Positions 5,963 through 16,300 of a DNA stretch of 59,737 nt are shown in pieces. The notes under the pieces were generated by a model. The model saw only the letters and a list, made by a program, of their open reading frames with translations, was not told where the DNA came from and did no database searches. The translations under genes were made by a program, and so were the position numbers. Within the stretch, counting starts at the first letter, position 1. Every line of letters starts with the position of its first letter. Where the stretch lies: IMG/VR virus record IMGVR_UViG_3300034147_000035, positions 1 to 59,737 of that record, one strand, 5' to 3'. The stretch is from a virus. Taxonomy: Duplodnaviria > Caudoviricetes.

Positions 5963-7627
5963 TTGGCCGATCCCACTGCCGCCGCCTATGCAAGGATCAA
6001 CTCCGGAACCTCAAGGAGTCACACTCCCTACACGATCTTAGCCCCCGGCCTGAACGACATCGTCCCCAACCCATCCTACTCACAACGGTTTGATGCTTGG
6101 GCAACTCTCAGGGATTGTTACGACGGCGAGAAGGTGATCAAGGAGGCTGGTGAGCAATACCTTCCAAAATTATCTGCTCACAGCCCCGACGAGTACAAGA
6201 CGTATAAGCATCGGGCTTATTTCTACAACGCCGTCAGGCGCACACATCGCGGCCTTCACGGATCCTTATTCCGCAAGCCTGTGGAGTTCAGCATCCCGGC
6301 AGGGATGGGAGCTAAGCTGAACATCTGCAATATCACGCAGGACGGGCAGTCCTTTCAAGCGTTTATGCGGATCCTTGGGCATGAGCTGTTGCTCACAGGT
6401 CGATTCGGCATCCTGGCCGACTTCAAGGCCGATCAGGCGAATAGCCCCTACTTAGCCGGATATCTCGCGGAAAACATCTACGCTTGGCGGCTCAAGACGT
6501 TTGAGGACCGGGAAATCGTCGATCGTGTAGTACTCCTTGAGTCCGAGGTGGTTCCCACCGAGTATGGTGCTACGACACAGTTACTCATACGTGTCCTCCG
6601 GCTGGACCCATCCTCCAATGGCTCAGGCAAGATGGTCTACAGCCAGACCATCATTCGGCCGAACCCCACCGATCCTAAGAGTACGCCCACGCGTCAGAAC
6701 ATCGCGGTCAACATTCGCGGCAGGACTCTGGACTATATCCCGTTCGTGTTCTTCAATGCGATGGATCTGCGGGCAGAGTGTGGGCCACCGCCTCTCGAGG
6801 ACATCGCAAGCATAAACGTCAGCCACTTCCAGTCCACCGCTCACTTGGAGCATGGTCGCTTCTATGCGGGGATGCCCACCTATGTCACGGCGGGATCTGG
6901 AGCGAACAAGCTGCCCGGACTTCCCGAGGGGCTCACCAATACGAATCCGCTAACGGTCGGGCCATCTTTTGTTTGGGAGCTAGAGGAAAATGCTAAAGCG
7001 TGGCTGCTTGAGTTCACTGGTCACGGGCTTACCTTCCTTGAGAATGCGGTCGATTCCAAACAGTTACAGATGCAGTCCCTCGGAGGTCGACTCATCAGTT
7101 CAACCCGTCGTGCAGCCGCTATGTCCGACGAAGCGTGGCAACTCCTAGAGACTGGTGACGAAGCCACCCTGATGGATGTCGCTCAGGTATGTGACGAGGG
7201 CGTTACGAAGGCGCTTGCATATCTGGGCGACATCCTAGGGGAGATTCCTGCTGACAGTGTCCATGTCCCGAGCAAGCACAAGATCCTTGTAGAGTTCAAC
7301 AAGGAGTTTGTCCGTTCGGAACTCACCGCTCGCGAGCTAAGAGCTCTCCAGGCTCTGGCCGAGCGTGGTCATATCCCGAACGACGTTATGTACTACGCGC
7401 TTCGTGAGGTTGGCGTCATACCGATTGAGTACAGCTTGGATGACTTCACAGCTCTGCTCAAGAAGGACGAGCAGAAATGGAAGCCACCTCCGCTGCCGGG
7501 AACGCCGGGAGGGCCAGAGCTGCCGCCTACGACGAATCCTCCTAGCGGTACTACAGGAAATCCTGGTCCGGGAGTCCGACCACAGACCGCACCACGACCA
7601 GTTCTATCAGTTCCGCCGAAAGAGTAA
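5963..7627 (+). CDS. Portal protein (DUF4055-like)
   Basis: Y..Y..RA.FYN, G.LFRK, YIPFVF, PPL.DIA..N..H motifs; size and position. Confidence 0.85.
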   Translation: MADPTAAAYARINSGTSRSHTPYTILAPGLNDIVPNPSYSQRFDAWATLRDCYDGEKVIKEAGEQYLPKLSAHSPDEYKTYKHRAYFYNAVRRTHRGLHGSLFRKPVEFSIPAGMGAKLNICNITQDGQSFQAFMRILGHELLLTGRFGILADFKADQANSPYLAGYLAENIYAWRLKTFEDREIVDRVVLLESEVVPTEYGATTQLLIRVLRLDPSSNGSGKMVYSQTIIRPNPTDPKSTPTRQNIAVNIRGRTLDYIPFVFFNAMDLRAECGPPPLEDIASINVSHFQSTAHLEHGRFYAGMPTYVTAGSGANKLPGLPEGLTNTNPLTVGPSFVWELEENAKAWLLEFTGHGLTFLENAVDSKQLQMQSLGGRLISSTRRAAAMSDEAWQLLETGDEATLMDVAQVCDEGVTKALAYLGDILGEIPADSVHVPSKHKILVEFNKEFVRSELTARELRALQALAERGHIPNDVMYYALREVGVIPIEYSLDDFTALLKKDEQKWKPPPLPGTPGGPELPPTTNPPSGTTGNPGPGVRPQTAPRPVLSVPPKE

Positions 7628-7671
7628 CTTCCTACGGCCTATACTCTCATATCAACCCAAAGGAAGTAGAA

Positions 7672-8232
7672 ATGGCAAAGAAAGCCCTACCCAAGTCAGC
7701 TTCTGAAGCTGCTCCGCCGGAAGATGTCAAGACCGACCCGAATACCCCGATGTCAGAGGTTGCTACTCCTGTCGGCACACCGCTGGATCCTGCATTCTTT
7801 GAAGCAGGTGCTCCCCCGGTTCCAACTCAGCTTTGCGCGTATGAATATACGCATACGGTCTGTGGGACTGAGGGTGCTATGGATAATCGTACCTACTATC
7901 TCTGGTATTGTTATCCATGGCTGGTGACCGGTCTGTTCTGCACGAAGTGCAACGCGGCCATCAGAATCGGTGAAGACGGTGAGATGGAATGGTCAGACGG
8001 CTCGGGCAAGTGCATCCTGCCGGATGACGTTCCTATGACGTCGGTTCCTGTGCCTGATTCGATCGGGTTCTTCAATCAGCTGAATCCGCTATGGCCGAGT
8101 CCTGGCGAACATCCTCCTGAAGGAGAGCCAGTAGTTGCTCCAGCAGGAGCTACGACGCAGACCAAGGTGGAAGATCCGGCCAAAGCTCAGGCTCAGGATG
8201 AACTCGCCAAGGCAGAAGCCGACAAGAAGTAG
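7672..8232 (+). CDS. Hypothetical protein with HxxCG...CxxC Zn-ribbon-like domain
   Basis: AAGGAAG RBS; motif shared with next ORF. Confidence 0.7.
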   Translation: MAKKALPKSASEAAPPEDVKTDPNTPMSEVATPVGTPLDPAFFEAGAPPVPTQLCAYEYTHTVCGTEGAMDNRTYYLWYCYPWLVTGLFCTKCNAAIRIGEDGEMEWSDGSGKCILPDDVPMTSVPVPDSIGFFNQLNPLWPSPGEHPPEGEPVVAPAGATTQTKVEDPAKAQAQDELAKAEADKK

Positions 8233-8260
8233 GCCCACTCAAGCAATAAGGAAGTAGACA

Positions 8261-9094
8261 ATGTACAGGACGAAAATTAAGCACAAGACCTGTGGTAGCG
8301 AACTGCGTATGGACCAGGACTTGGAGAACAGGTTCTACTCGCGGCCTCACGTGGTCACGGTCATCTATTGCCCAGTCTGCGATCTCGCGGTTCGGGTTGG
8401 CCCGAACAGCCTTATCATCTGGGCCGATTCTGGTGCGCCTGTGGAGCCGGGTCATCCCGACAACACGCTGCCCGAGAACGAGGTTCCTCCCGGTGAGGTG
8501 GACAACACCTTGCCTGAGGCCGGAGTTCCCGATCAGGGTCTGCCAATTGAAGGAGGCGGTGAAGTGGACAACTCGCTCCCAGACGTTCAGCCTGGAGTAG
8601 ACAACGAGCTTCCAGGCGAGCAGCCTGAGGTAGACAACGAGCTTCCAGGCGAGCAGCCTGAGGTAGACAACGAGCTGCCAGAAGGAGGCGGAGATGCCAG
8701 CACCAAGCCAATCGACCCAGATGCTCCGGCACCGGACAATACTCTCCCCGAGGGCGAAACTCCAGTTGATCCGGGATATGGCGTTGAAGGAGGCTCTGGA
8801 AACAAGCCGGATAACAGCCTCCCTGGAACGCCGACTACGAAGCCGATCGACCCAGACGCTCCAAAACCTGACAATGAACTTCCTGGAGGAGGTGAACCGT
8901 CTGAACCTGACTCTGGAGGCGGCTCTGGTGGATCTCCAGACCAGAGCCTCCCAGGCCAAGGACCTCGTCCAGACAACAGTCTCCCAGGTCAAGGCGGCAA
9001 GCCCGGAGAACGGGACGTAGATCTTGATGTCCATATTGATCGGGATGGTGAAGGCAGTGGCGACAAGCCGAAGCCGAAGCCAAAGCGCCGCTAA
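8261..9094 (+). CDS. Zn-ribbon-like domain plus acidic Pro-rich D(N/Q)xLP repeat tail
   Basis: AAGGAAG RBS; HKTCG...CPVC; 12 repeats. Confidence 0.75.
   Translation: MYRTKIKHKTCGSELRMDQDLENRFYSRPHVVTVIYCPVCDLAVRVGPNSLIIWADSGAPVEPGHPDNTLPENEVPPGEVDNTLPEAGVPDQGLPIEGGGEVDNSLPDVQPGVDNELPGEQPEVDNELPGEQPEVDNELPEGGGDASTKPIDPDAPAPDNTLPEGETPVDPGYGVEGGSGNKPDNSLPGTPTTKPIDPDAPKPDNELPGGGEPSEPDSGGGSGGSPDQSLPGQGPRPDNSLPGQGGKPGERDVDLDVHIDRDGEGSGDKPKPKPKRR
8588..8681 (+). repeat. 33-bp tandem repeat, about 2.8 copies ([11 protein letters not shown])
   Basis: CAGCCTG(GA/AG)GTAGACAACGAGCT(T/G)CCAG repeated. Confidence 0.9.
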
Positions 9095-9109
9095 TCGGTG
9101 TTACTCAAC

Positions 9110-9140
9110 GGGGGCGGGGAGTCACAAGCTCCTCGCCCTT
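9110..9140 (+). terminator. Putative hairpin terminator
   Basis: GGGGGCGGGGAG...CTCCTCGCCCTT. Confidence 0.45.
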
Positions 9141-9152
9141 GGAGTTAGTACG

Positions 9153-9296
9153 ATGCCCCTGAAGAAAGGTAGTTCAAAGAAGGCTATAAGTGCGAATATC
9201 CGCACTCTTCGGCATGAGGGTAAGCCCCAGAAGCAAGCGATCGCAATCGCTATGTCTAAGGCCGGGAAATCCCGTAAACGCGGGAGAAAGAAATGA
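9153..9296 (+). CDS. Small basic phage protein (MPLKKGSS...QAIAIA type, 47 aa)
   Basis: GGAG RBS; recognisable small head-region protein. Confidence 0.8.
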   Translation: MPLKKGSSKKAISANIRTLRHEGKPQKQAIAIAMSKAGKSRKRGRKK

Positions 9297-9388
9297 AGTA
9301 CATGACCCAGCGCAACGCGACGAAGCTAGTGTACGCCATTGGTCTCACGATCGTTGGCTTGGTTCTCATCTATTTAGTTACTCAGTAG
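9293..9388 (+). CDS. 31-aa single-TM peptide
   Basis: ATGA overlap, GGGAG RBS; [31 protein letters not shown]. Confidence 0.5.
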   Translation: MKYMTQRNATKLVYAIGLTIVGLVLIYLVTQ

Positions 9389-9401
9389 TGTAAATAGGCA
9401 C

Positions 9402-9430
9402 TTGTCAGGCTTTAGCCAGCGTGTTACTCT
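9402..9430 (+). promoter_or_regulatory. Sigma70-type promoter for scaffold gene
   Basis: TTGTCA-N17-TACTCT. Confidence 0.55.
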
Positions 9431-9492
9431 CTCCTTGTCCATGGAGGGTCTGTGGATCTTGACCGGCGGGGTCGGTCACGCTGGAGACTGAT

Positions 9493-10284
9493 ATGCCTGA
9501 ATTGATCTTTGATGCTCAGGACGCTGTTCCTGAACCAATCCGCTCCATCGCAGTTGAGAAAGAAGGCAAGTGGGTCGCGAATGTCGTGCCCAAGGCCGAG
9601 CTGGACGACTTCCGCAATCGGAACGTTGAGCTCTCTCGCGAGCGCGATGCAGCCACCGGAATTTTCGGTCGGCTAACCCCTCTCGGTTTTGATCCTGCGA
9701 AGGTGGACGAGTTCGTCACTGGTTACAGTGAGCTTCGGGACATCAAGCAGCAGGTGGACGACGGGAAGCTCGTCGCTGACACTTCTCTCGCTGAAGCCAT
9801 TGAGGCCAAGACCGGCGAGATGAAGAAGGGTTACGAAACTCAGATCGGCGGCTTGCAGAATGAGGTCGCAACCTACAAGGGTGAGAACGAGAAGCTGACC
9901 AATCGGCTGAATCGTTCCATCATTGATCAACAGGTGATGCAAGCCATCAACGATCCGAAGAGCGGTGCATTGCCGGAAGCCACTCGTCAGATTCTGCGCG
10001 AAGCGCATGACACCTTCCAGATCGGTGAGAACGAAGCTCTTATCCCGATGGACAATAACGGCCATGTGATTTATGGTGGCGACGGTGCTACACCGATGAC
10101 TCCAGTGGAATGGCTGAAGAAGCTGGCTGAAACGAGCCCGTTCTTCTTCAAGGGTTCGCAGGGTGGTGGAGCTGGCGGTGGTCAGGGTCCGGGAAGCGGG
10201 CCACTCACTGCGGCGCAGATTGCGGCTATGTCGCCTGAAGAGAGGATGACCTATGGACGTGAACACGGGATGACAGGAAGTTAG
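9493..10284 (+). CDS. Capsid scaffolding protein
   Basis: Coiled coil, Gly-rich linker and short C-terminal helix; upstream of MCP. Confidence 0.75.
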   Translation: MPELIFDAQDAVPEPIRSIAVEKEGKWVANVVPKAELDDFRNRNVELSRERDAATGIFGRLTPLGFDPAKVDEFVTGYSELRDIKQQVDDGKLVADTSLAEAIEAKTGEMKKGYETQIGGLQNEVATYKGENEKLTNRLNRSIIDQQVMQAINDPKSGALPEATRQILREAHDTFQIGENEALIPMDNNGHVIYGGDGATPMTPVEWLKKLAETSPFFFKGSQGGGAGGGQGPGSGPLTAAQIAAMSPEERMTYGREHGMTGS

Positions 10285-10345
10285 ACTGAGGATGGGGTCG
10301 TAGATCCTCGTCCTGCGGCCCCAACTTCATAGAAGGCGGTAGCCA

Positions 10346-10579
10346 GTGTCGGCGGAAAATTTCGTCGTCGGTAATCCTAAGGGCAACAACGTAGATCTCG
10401 TGATCACGTTCGTTGCCCGAGATGGTACTCGCAAGAAGTTTAAGACTCTTAGGCCGGGAGAGGCGTGTCGCTGTGACAAAAGAGAAGTCTTAGTTACTGA
10501 AGCGCCGCGCCCTCCTCGCCTCACAATGCAAAGTGATGGTAGTTTTGTCGCAGACCGGTCGAAAGGACCGAGGCGTTAG
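10346..10579 (+). CDS. Hypothetical protein (77 aa)
   Basis: GTG start with AAGGCGG RBS. Confidence 0.5.
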   Translation: MSAENFVVGNPKGNNVDLVITFVARDGTRKKFKTLRPGEACRCDKREVLVTEAPRPPRLTMQSDGSFVADRSKGPRR

Positions 10580-10590
10580 GGCAATGAGTG

Positions 10591-10701
10591 ATGAGGAACG
10601 AGCGGCGGGCGTGCATTGGGATCGCGACTATTATCCTGGTAGTTTTCTTTCTGGCCCTATACGGCCTCACTATGGGGTCTCAGGATGTTATGGCACCCTA
10701 G
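10591..10701 (+). CDS. 36-aa single-TM peptide
   Basis: MRNERRACIGIATIILVVFFLALYGLTMGSQDVMAP; below ORF-track cutoff. Confidence 0.4.
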   Translation: MRNERRACIGIATIILVVFFLALYGLTMGSQDVMAP

Positions 10702-10832
10702 TACCCACGCGGGCGCGCGAGAGGTCTCATGAACGTTACAGGCGTTCTAGGAAAGCTGTGAAGGCTAGCAGGTACCCGCCACGGCCAAGGCCAGAGATCT
10801 GTTCCCAGTCTCCAATTATTTTGCCACGTCAC

Positions 10833-10861
10833 TTGTCAAACTTCAGAGGCGGGTGTATGGA
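10833..10861 (+). promoter_or_regulatory. Sigma70-type promoter for capsid operon
   Basis: TTGTCA-N17-TATGGA with upstream A/T tract. Confidence 0.5.
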
Positions 10862-10928
10862 GGGAGGGTGGGCCTCTTCATGGAGGTTTGCTTCCGCGGC
10901 TCGGCCGTGACAGACGAGGAATTTAGCC

Positions 10929-11855
10929 ATGCCGATGACTCTGGTAGAAGCCGCCAAGCTTGAGACTCGCAATCTCGTACGCAGCGGTGTCATTGAACAA
11001 TTTGCTCGCACCTCGGAAATTCTGCGGGTTCTCCCGTTCCAGGATATCCAGGGCAACGCGCTCGCCTATAACCGCGAAGAAGTCCTTCCGGGCGTCGCCT
11101 TCCGTGGCGTCAATGAGGGATATCCGGAAAGCGTGGGTGTCATCAACCCCGCGACCGAGACCCTGTACATCGCGGGCGGTGATCTGGACGTCGATCGGTT
11201 CATCATTCAGACGATGGGAGCCGGTGTTCGTTCAACCCACGAAAATATGAAGATCAAGGCACTCGCCCAAGCATGGACTACCAAGTTCATTAAGGGCGAT
11301 ACTACGATTCAGCCACGCGAGTTCGACGGCCTCCAGGCCCGACTCACTGGCTACAACCTCATCCCGGCGGGCAGCACGTCCGGCGGCGACCCTCTCAAGC
11401 TTGAGATTCTCGACGAGGCCATTGATCGGGTGACTAACCCGACCCATATCCTCATGAGTCGCGCCCTACGTCGCAAGTTCAAAGGTGCGCGGAACAATCC
11501 AGCAGTCGCCGGCTCTATCACTCTCGACAAGGACGATTTCGGTCGGCCGGTTGACGTGTACAACGGGCTTCCACTTCTCACCACTTACGGTGATGCCGTA
11601 TCGCCCGATCCGCTCGGTTTCAATGAAGCCGGTCCTGGTGGCGGAAGCACTTCCACTTCGCTCTATGTTCTCAGCATGGGAACGGATGCAGTCTCCGGCA
11701 TCCAAAATGGCGGGATGGATGTTCGCGATCTCGGGGAGCTGGACACGATGCCTCTATGGAGGACTCGCGTCGAGTGGTACTCGGGTCTCGGCATCTTCAA
11801 CGGTGCCGCTGCCGTTCGTGTCTGGGGCATCTCCAATGCTCCGATCGTAGCTTAA
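10929..11855 (+). CDS. Major capsid protein
   Basis: TL.EAAKL, LPF..I.GNAL.YNRE..LPG.AFR.VNE, GGDLDVD, EFDGL, RTRVEWY motifs. Confidence 0.9.
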   Translation: MPMTLVEAAKLETRNLVRSGVIEQFARTSEILRVLPFQDIQGNALAYNREEVLPGVAFRGVNEGYPESVGVINPATETLYIAGGDLDVDRFIIQTMGAGVRSTHENMKIKALAQAWTTKFIKGDTTIQPREFDGLQARLTGYNLIPAGSTSGGDPLKLEILDEAIDRVTNPTHILMSRALRRKFKGARNNPAVAGSITLDKDDFGRPVDVYNGLPLLTTYGDAVSPDPLGFNEAGPGGGSTSTSLYVLSMGTDAVSGIQNGGMDVRDLGELDTMPLWRTRVEWYSGLGIFNGAAAVRVWGISNAPIVA

Positions 11856-11881
11856 TCGGAGAGCCCGAGAGGAGATTTGAT

Positions 11882-12325
11882 ATGTCCGTAAAGCGCAATC
11901 AACTAGATGCCACTATGGATGCGGCCACTCAGCTGAAAGATGCGGGTGCGGCGATTGCTAGTGGCGCAGGAACGGTCGGTGGTGCTGCTCGCGTTGTCAA
12001 CGTCGGGCCAGCCATTCTCAGTGCCGTGTTCACGGTGGATATCATCGCGCAGACGATCGATGCTACGGCGGCGTACGACATTCGCCTCCAGGCTTCGTCG
12101 GATCCGTCGTTCGCCACGGACGTGACCATCGTCGCCAATGTTCAGTCGGTTCTCGTCGCTACGGGCGGTGAAGATCGTCCGGGTATTGGTCGTCGGTCGG
12201 TCCCGTTCAACAACATCGGCGAAGATGGTGCCCCGAAGGCTTATCTTCGGGTGTATCACCAGATTGCTGGTACCACGCCATCGATCAACTACGCGGCTAT
12301 GATCACGCAGAACCCGCTGCCATAA
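11882..12325 (+). CDS. Putative capsid decoration or minor head protein
   Basis: AGGAG RBS; beta-rich; directly after MCP. Confidence 0.6.
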   Translation: MSVKRNQLDATMDAATQLKDAGAAIASGAGTVGGAARVVNVGPAILSAVFTVDIIAQTIDATAAYDIRLQASSDPSFATDVTIVANVQSVLVATGGEDRPGIGRRSVPFNNIGEDGAPKAYLRVYHQIAGTTPSINYAAMITQNPLP

Positions 12326-12350
12326 GTCGGCTGGGATAAGGAGTAATAAT

Positions 12351-12899
12351 ATGAGCACTGTCCAAGAAACGCTCATTCCTGCCTCGATGGTTCCCGGCTT
12401 GGTGACGATTGAGGATGGGGAGGGCAATCGCAAGAACGTCTATCCCATTGATGCCAAGGAGCTCCTTGCATCCGGCGAGTTCACGCTCGTTGAAAATGGC
12501 GCGATCGAGGCTTCCCGCATGGCGGCGACGCCACTGCGCTCTGGCTATGCTTCGGGTATTCCGAGCGAGCAGATTATCGCCGAAATCTCCGGTGTTGAAG
12601 GTCGCATCCTAGCGGCTGCCGATGAAGATGCCGCTGCCGAGGTCAAGGAAGCTGGTGACAGTCCCGATGCCAATCGCGAGCCGAGTGCCGTTCCAGCGGT
12701 CGGCTACACGGCGATGCAGGATGCTTCCGGTGCCGCGAATATGCCTCCGGCCGAAGAGGGCGATAAGGTTGAGCACAAGGGCGCGGCTGCTCGTGCTCGC
12801 GGTGACGACCGTGGCGGCAAGCCGACCCAGATGCCGGCTCAGCGCACTCCTGCTTCCAGTGGAATCGGTGGTGACAAGAAGGACGACGACAAAAGGTAA
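12351..12899 (+). CDS. Hypothetical virion-associated protein
   Basis: AAGGAG RBS; position in head operon. Confidence 0.7.
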   Translation: MSTVQETLIPASMVPGLVTIEDGEGNRKNVYPIDAKELLASGEFTLVENGAIEASRMAATPLRSGYASGIPSEQIIAEISGVEGRILAAADEDAAAEVKEAGDSPDANREPSAVPAVGYTAMQDASGAANMPPAEEGDKVEHKGAAARARGDDRGGKPTQMPAQRTPASSGIGGDKKDDDKR

Positions 12900-12924
12900 G
12901 TTTTCCGCCAGCCTGCGGAGCTTG

Positions 12925-12961
12925 ACGTCCGTCGCAGTTCCGCGCTGCGGCGGACGTTTTC
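12925..12961 (+). terminator. Rho-independent terminator
   Basis: ACGTCCGTCGCAG...CTGCGGCGGACGT followed by T-run. Confidence 0.7.
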
Positions 12962-12981
12962 TCAAGAAGGAGCTAGACGGA

Positions 12982-13311
12982 ATGCCCACCATCCCCGGCC
13001 CTGTGGATGATGCTGGCAACATCACTGTTCCCGCTGAAGGCGGGGCGACAATCCCCATTAAGGAAATGTCTACTGATGAACCCTCTGAACAAATAGATAT
13101 CTCATCGCTGCCGCTTAACTTCTATGTCGCTGGTCGCTTTGAAATAGTTCCGGGGCCAAATCCTAATGATGTTTTCGGTCGTCTTTTGGTTATCACTGAA
13201 GCGAATGCCGACATACTTTCCACTAAAGGTCATCCGTTTCAACTCCTGGATCTTACAGATCCTGACGTCCCTATCCCTCTTTGGAGTGGGACAATTCGGA
13301 GAGGTGAATGA
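12982..13311 (+). CDS. Hypothetical protein (109 aa), possible fibre adaptor
   Basis: AAGGAG RBS; ATGA-coupled to giant fibre gene. Confidence 0.7.
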   Translation: MPTIPGPVDDAGNITVPAEGGATIPIKEMSTDEPSEQIDISSLPLNFYVAGRFEIVPGPNPNDVFGRLLVITEANADILSTKGHPFQLLDLTDPDVPIPLWSGTIRRGE

Positions 13312-16300
13312 GCGAAGTACTAGTTCTTCGCAAGCAAAGCGAAGTTACGATTATTCGCTCGGAGAAACTCACTACTAGCCATACTACAGAAGTGATCTCC
13401 GAGGTTACGTTTATTCGTACGGAGCCGGTCTCTTGCGTCTTCACCACAGTTCCTCTTACTGAGGTAGTTATTAAGAACTACCCTGTTTCTGAAGTCGTCA
13501 TCATAAGAGGAAGCTTAGGCGGCGGAGTCACGAACGGGGATAAGGGTGATGTCATTGTCACCAACGCTGGTTCTCCTGAGGAGAATTGGGAGGTTCCTGA
13601 ATTAGATTTTAAGGCCGACAAGACATATGTCGATTCAGAGCTCGCGGAAAAAGCAGACATCACCTATGTTGATGCAAGTCTAGCGGTCAAGGCCGACAAG
13701 ACATATGTCGATTCAGAGCTCTCGGAAAAGGCAGACATCACCTACGTTGATGCTGGCCTAGCCACGAAGGTAGATACTGACGACGCTAATGCAGCGCTCG
13801 CACTCAAAGCCGATATCACCTATGTTGATGCTGAGAATGCTGAGCAGGATGCTGCTATCGCTCTCAAAGCTGATCAAGTCTACGTTGATGATGAGCTGGC
13901 TCTCAAGGCTAATCTCGTTGGGGATGACTTCACTGGCCCAGTCACTGTTCCGGATGAACCCTACGGCTCATCTTGGAATGATTCAACTCAGGTCCCAACC
14001 AAGAACGCCGTTTATGATCAACTTGAATCGTTGAAACTCGGTGGGTCTTCTGTTGATACTTTTGATTTTGACTTTAGCACTAATACGGAGGAGCCTCCGA
14101 ATTCTAAGCAAATTCGTCTTGATGTCACAAATGCGAGTGACGCCACTAAGATTTGGGTCTATCACCTGACTAACAATAATTTTGATCCGGCATTGATGCT
14201 AGCCTCAATTAAAGTTGGCAGTGATATTCTTTTACAGGATCAGGCTGACAGCTCTATCAACCATCGTTATAATGTCATTGATTCAGTAGAAAATAAGGGA
14301 ACTTATTCCGAGATTCCGGTAGAGTGGCTGGAAGGAAGTAATTCATTTGTCAATAATCGCGACACTCTCCTAGCGATTATTCGTATTGCTGAACCGGCGA
14401 TGCCCCTTACTGGAGGGGAATTCACTGGCGATATCGCTGTCCCTGATGATCCCTACGGTCCAACGTGGGATGGAAACACCGACGTCCCAACTAAGAATGC
14501 TCTCTATGATAAGATTGAAACCCTTGGAACTGGGCAAGGAACTGGTGTCACCGATGGTGATAAAGGCGACGTTGTCGTAAGTGGCGAAGGTGAAGTCTGG
14601 GAAGTCCCTGAGCTGGACAATAAGGCTGACACCACTTATGTTGATGCAGGTCTCGCTACGAAAGCTGATTATGATGATACTGTTTCGGCATTAGCGACTA
14701 AAGCGAGTATCTCGTATGTAGATATCGGTCTTGCCACGAAGGCTGATGAAGCTCAGGTAGAAGCAGATCTAGCTGAAAAAGCAGATATCACCTATGTTGA
14801 TGCAAGTCTAGCGGTTAAGGCTGATAAGAATTATGTAGATTCTGAACTAGCCGAAAAAGCCGACCTCACCTATGTTGATGCTAGTTTAGCTTCTAAAGCT
14901 GATATTGCTTATGTTGATGCTGGTTTGGCGACGAAGGCTGATCAGGAAGATTTAGACGCTAAGGCTGATGCAGCAGATCTTGATAATTATATGCCGAAGA
15001 CCGGTGGTCAATTCACTGGTGATATTTACGTTCCCGATGAAGCCTATGGCCCTGCTTGGAATGAGAATTTTGACGTCCCGACTAAGAATGCTCTTTACGA
15101 CAAGATTGAAACCATTGAATCTGGTGTTGGTGGTATTGTCGGTATCACTGATGGTGATAAGGGTGATGTTGTTGTTTCCGGAAATGGAGAAGTCTGGGAG
15201 GTTCCTGAGCTAGATACAAAAGCCAATGTCGAGGATCTAGATGCTAAAGCTGATAAATCATATGTGGCGACGCAATTAGCTGAAAAGGCTGATCTTGCTT
15301 ATGTTGACTCGGAGCTAGCTGAGAAAGCTGACACCACTTATGTAGATACTGAACTCGCCGGAAAAGCTGATATCACATATGTTGACTCGGAGCTAGCTGA
15401 GAAAGCGGATATCACATATGTTGACTCAGAGCTAGCTGAGAAAGCTTCTACTGCGGACTTGACACTTAAGGCAGACATTACTTATGTAGATACTGAACTA
15501 GCTGAGAAAGCTGACATCATCTATGTTGATTCAGAGCTAGCTGAGAAAGCTGACACCACTTATGTAGATACCGAACTCGCCGGAAAGGCCGATCTAGCAG
15601 CTCTAGATGAAAAGGCTGATCTTGCTTATGTTGATGCTAGTTTGGCATCTAAGGCAGATGTCTCCTATGTTGATGCGGAATTAGCAACAAAAGCTGACCT
15701 AGATGATCTTGCCGATTATGCTGCTACTGGCGATGTTAATGCAGCTCTTGCTCTCAAAGCCGACACTATCTATGTTGATACTGAGCTGACTAAGAAAGCT
15801 GATCTTATTTATACGAACGAGCAGCTAGCCCAGAAAGCTAACACGGCTTATGTCGATTCAAAGTTAGTGCTCAAGGCAGATATATCGTATGTTGAATCTG
15901 AACTAGCGACAAAAGCTGAGACAGCAGACGTCAATGCGGCTTTGGATCTCAAGGCTGATGAAGCGACTGTTAATGCCGAGTTGGCTGGTAAAGCCAATAC
16001 GAGTGATGTTAATGCTGCTCTCGCACTAAAAGCAGATGTAGATGATCTTGACGATAAAGCCAATATCACCGGAGATGACTTCCTCGGTCCTGTCACTGTT
16101 CCTGATGAACCTTATGGCCCGAGCTGGGACGATTCTACTCAGATACCGACCAAGGGTGCTCTCTATGATAAACTCCAAGCGATTGAAGCTGGGAGTCATA
16201 TCCCTGATGGTGACAAGGGTGATGTCGTCGTATCGGATGGCGGCACAGTCTGGCTAGTTCCTGATCTCGCACTCAAGGCAGATGCTGCTCAGGTTCAGGC

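Noticed and set aside
10533-10910. 125-aa ORF before the capsid gene
   Set aside because: Implausible sequence that runs across the capsid promoter; a short TM ORF in another frame fits better
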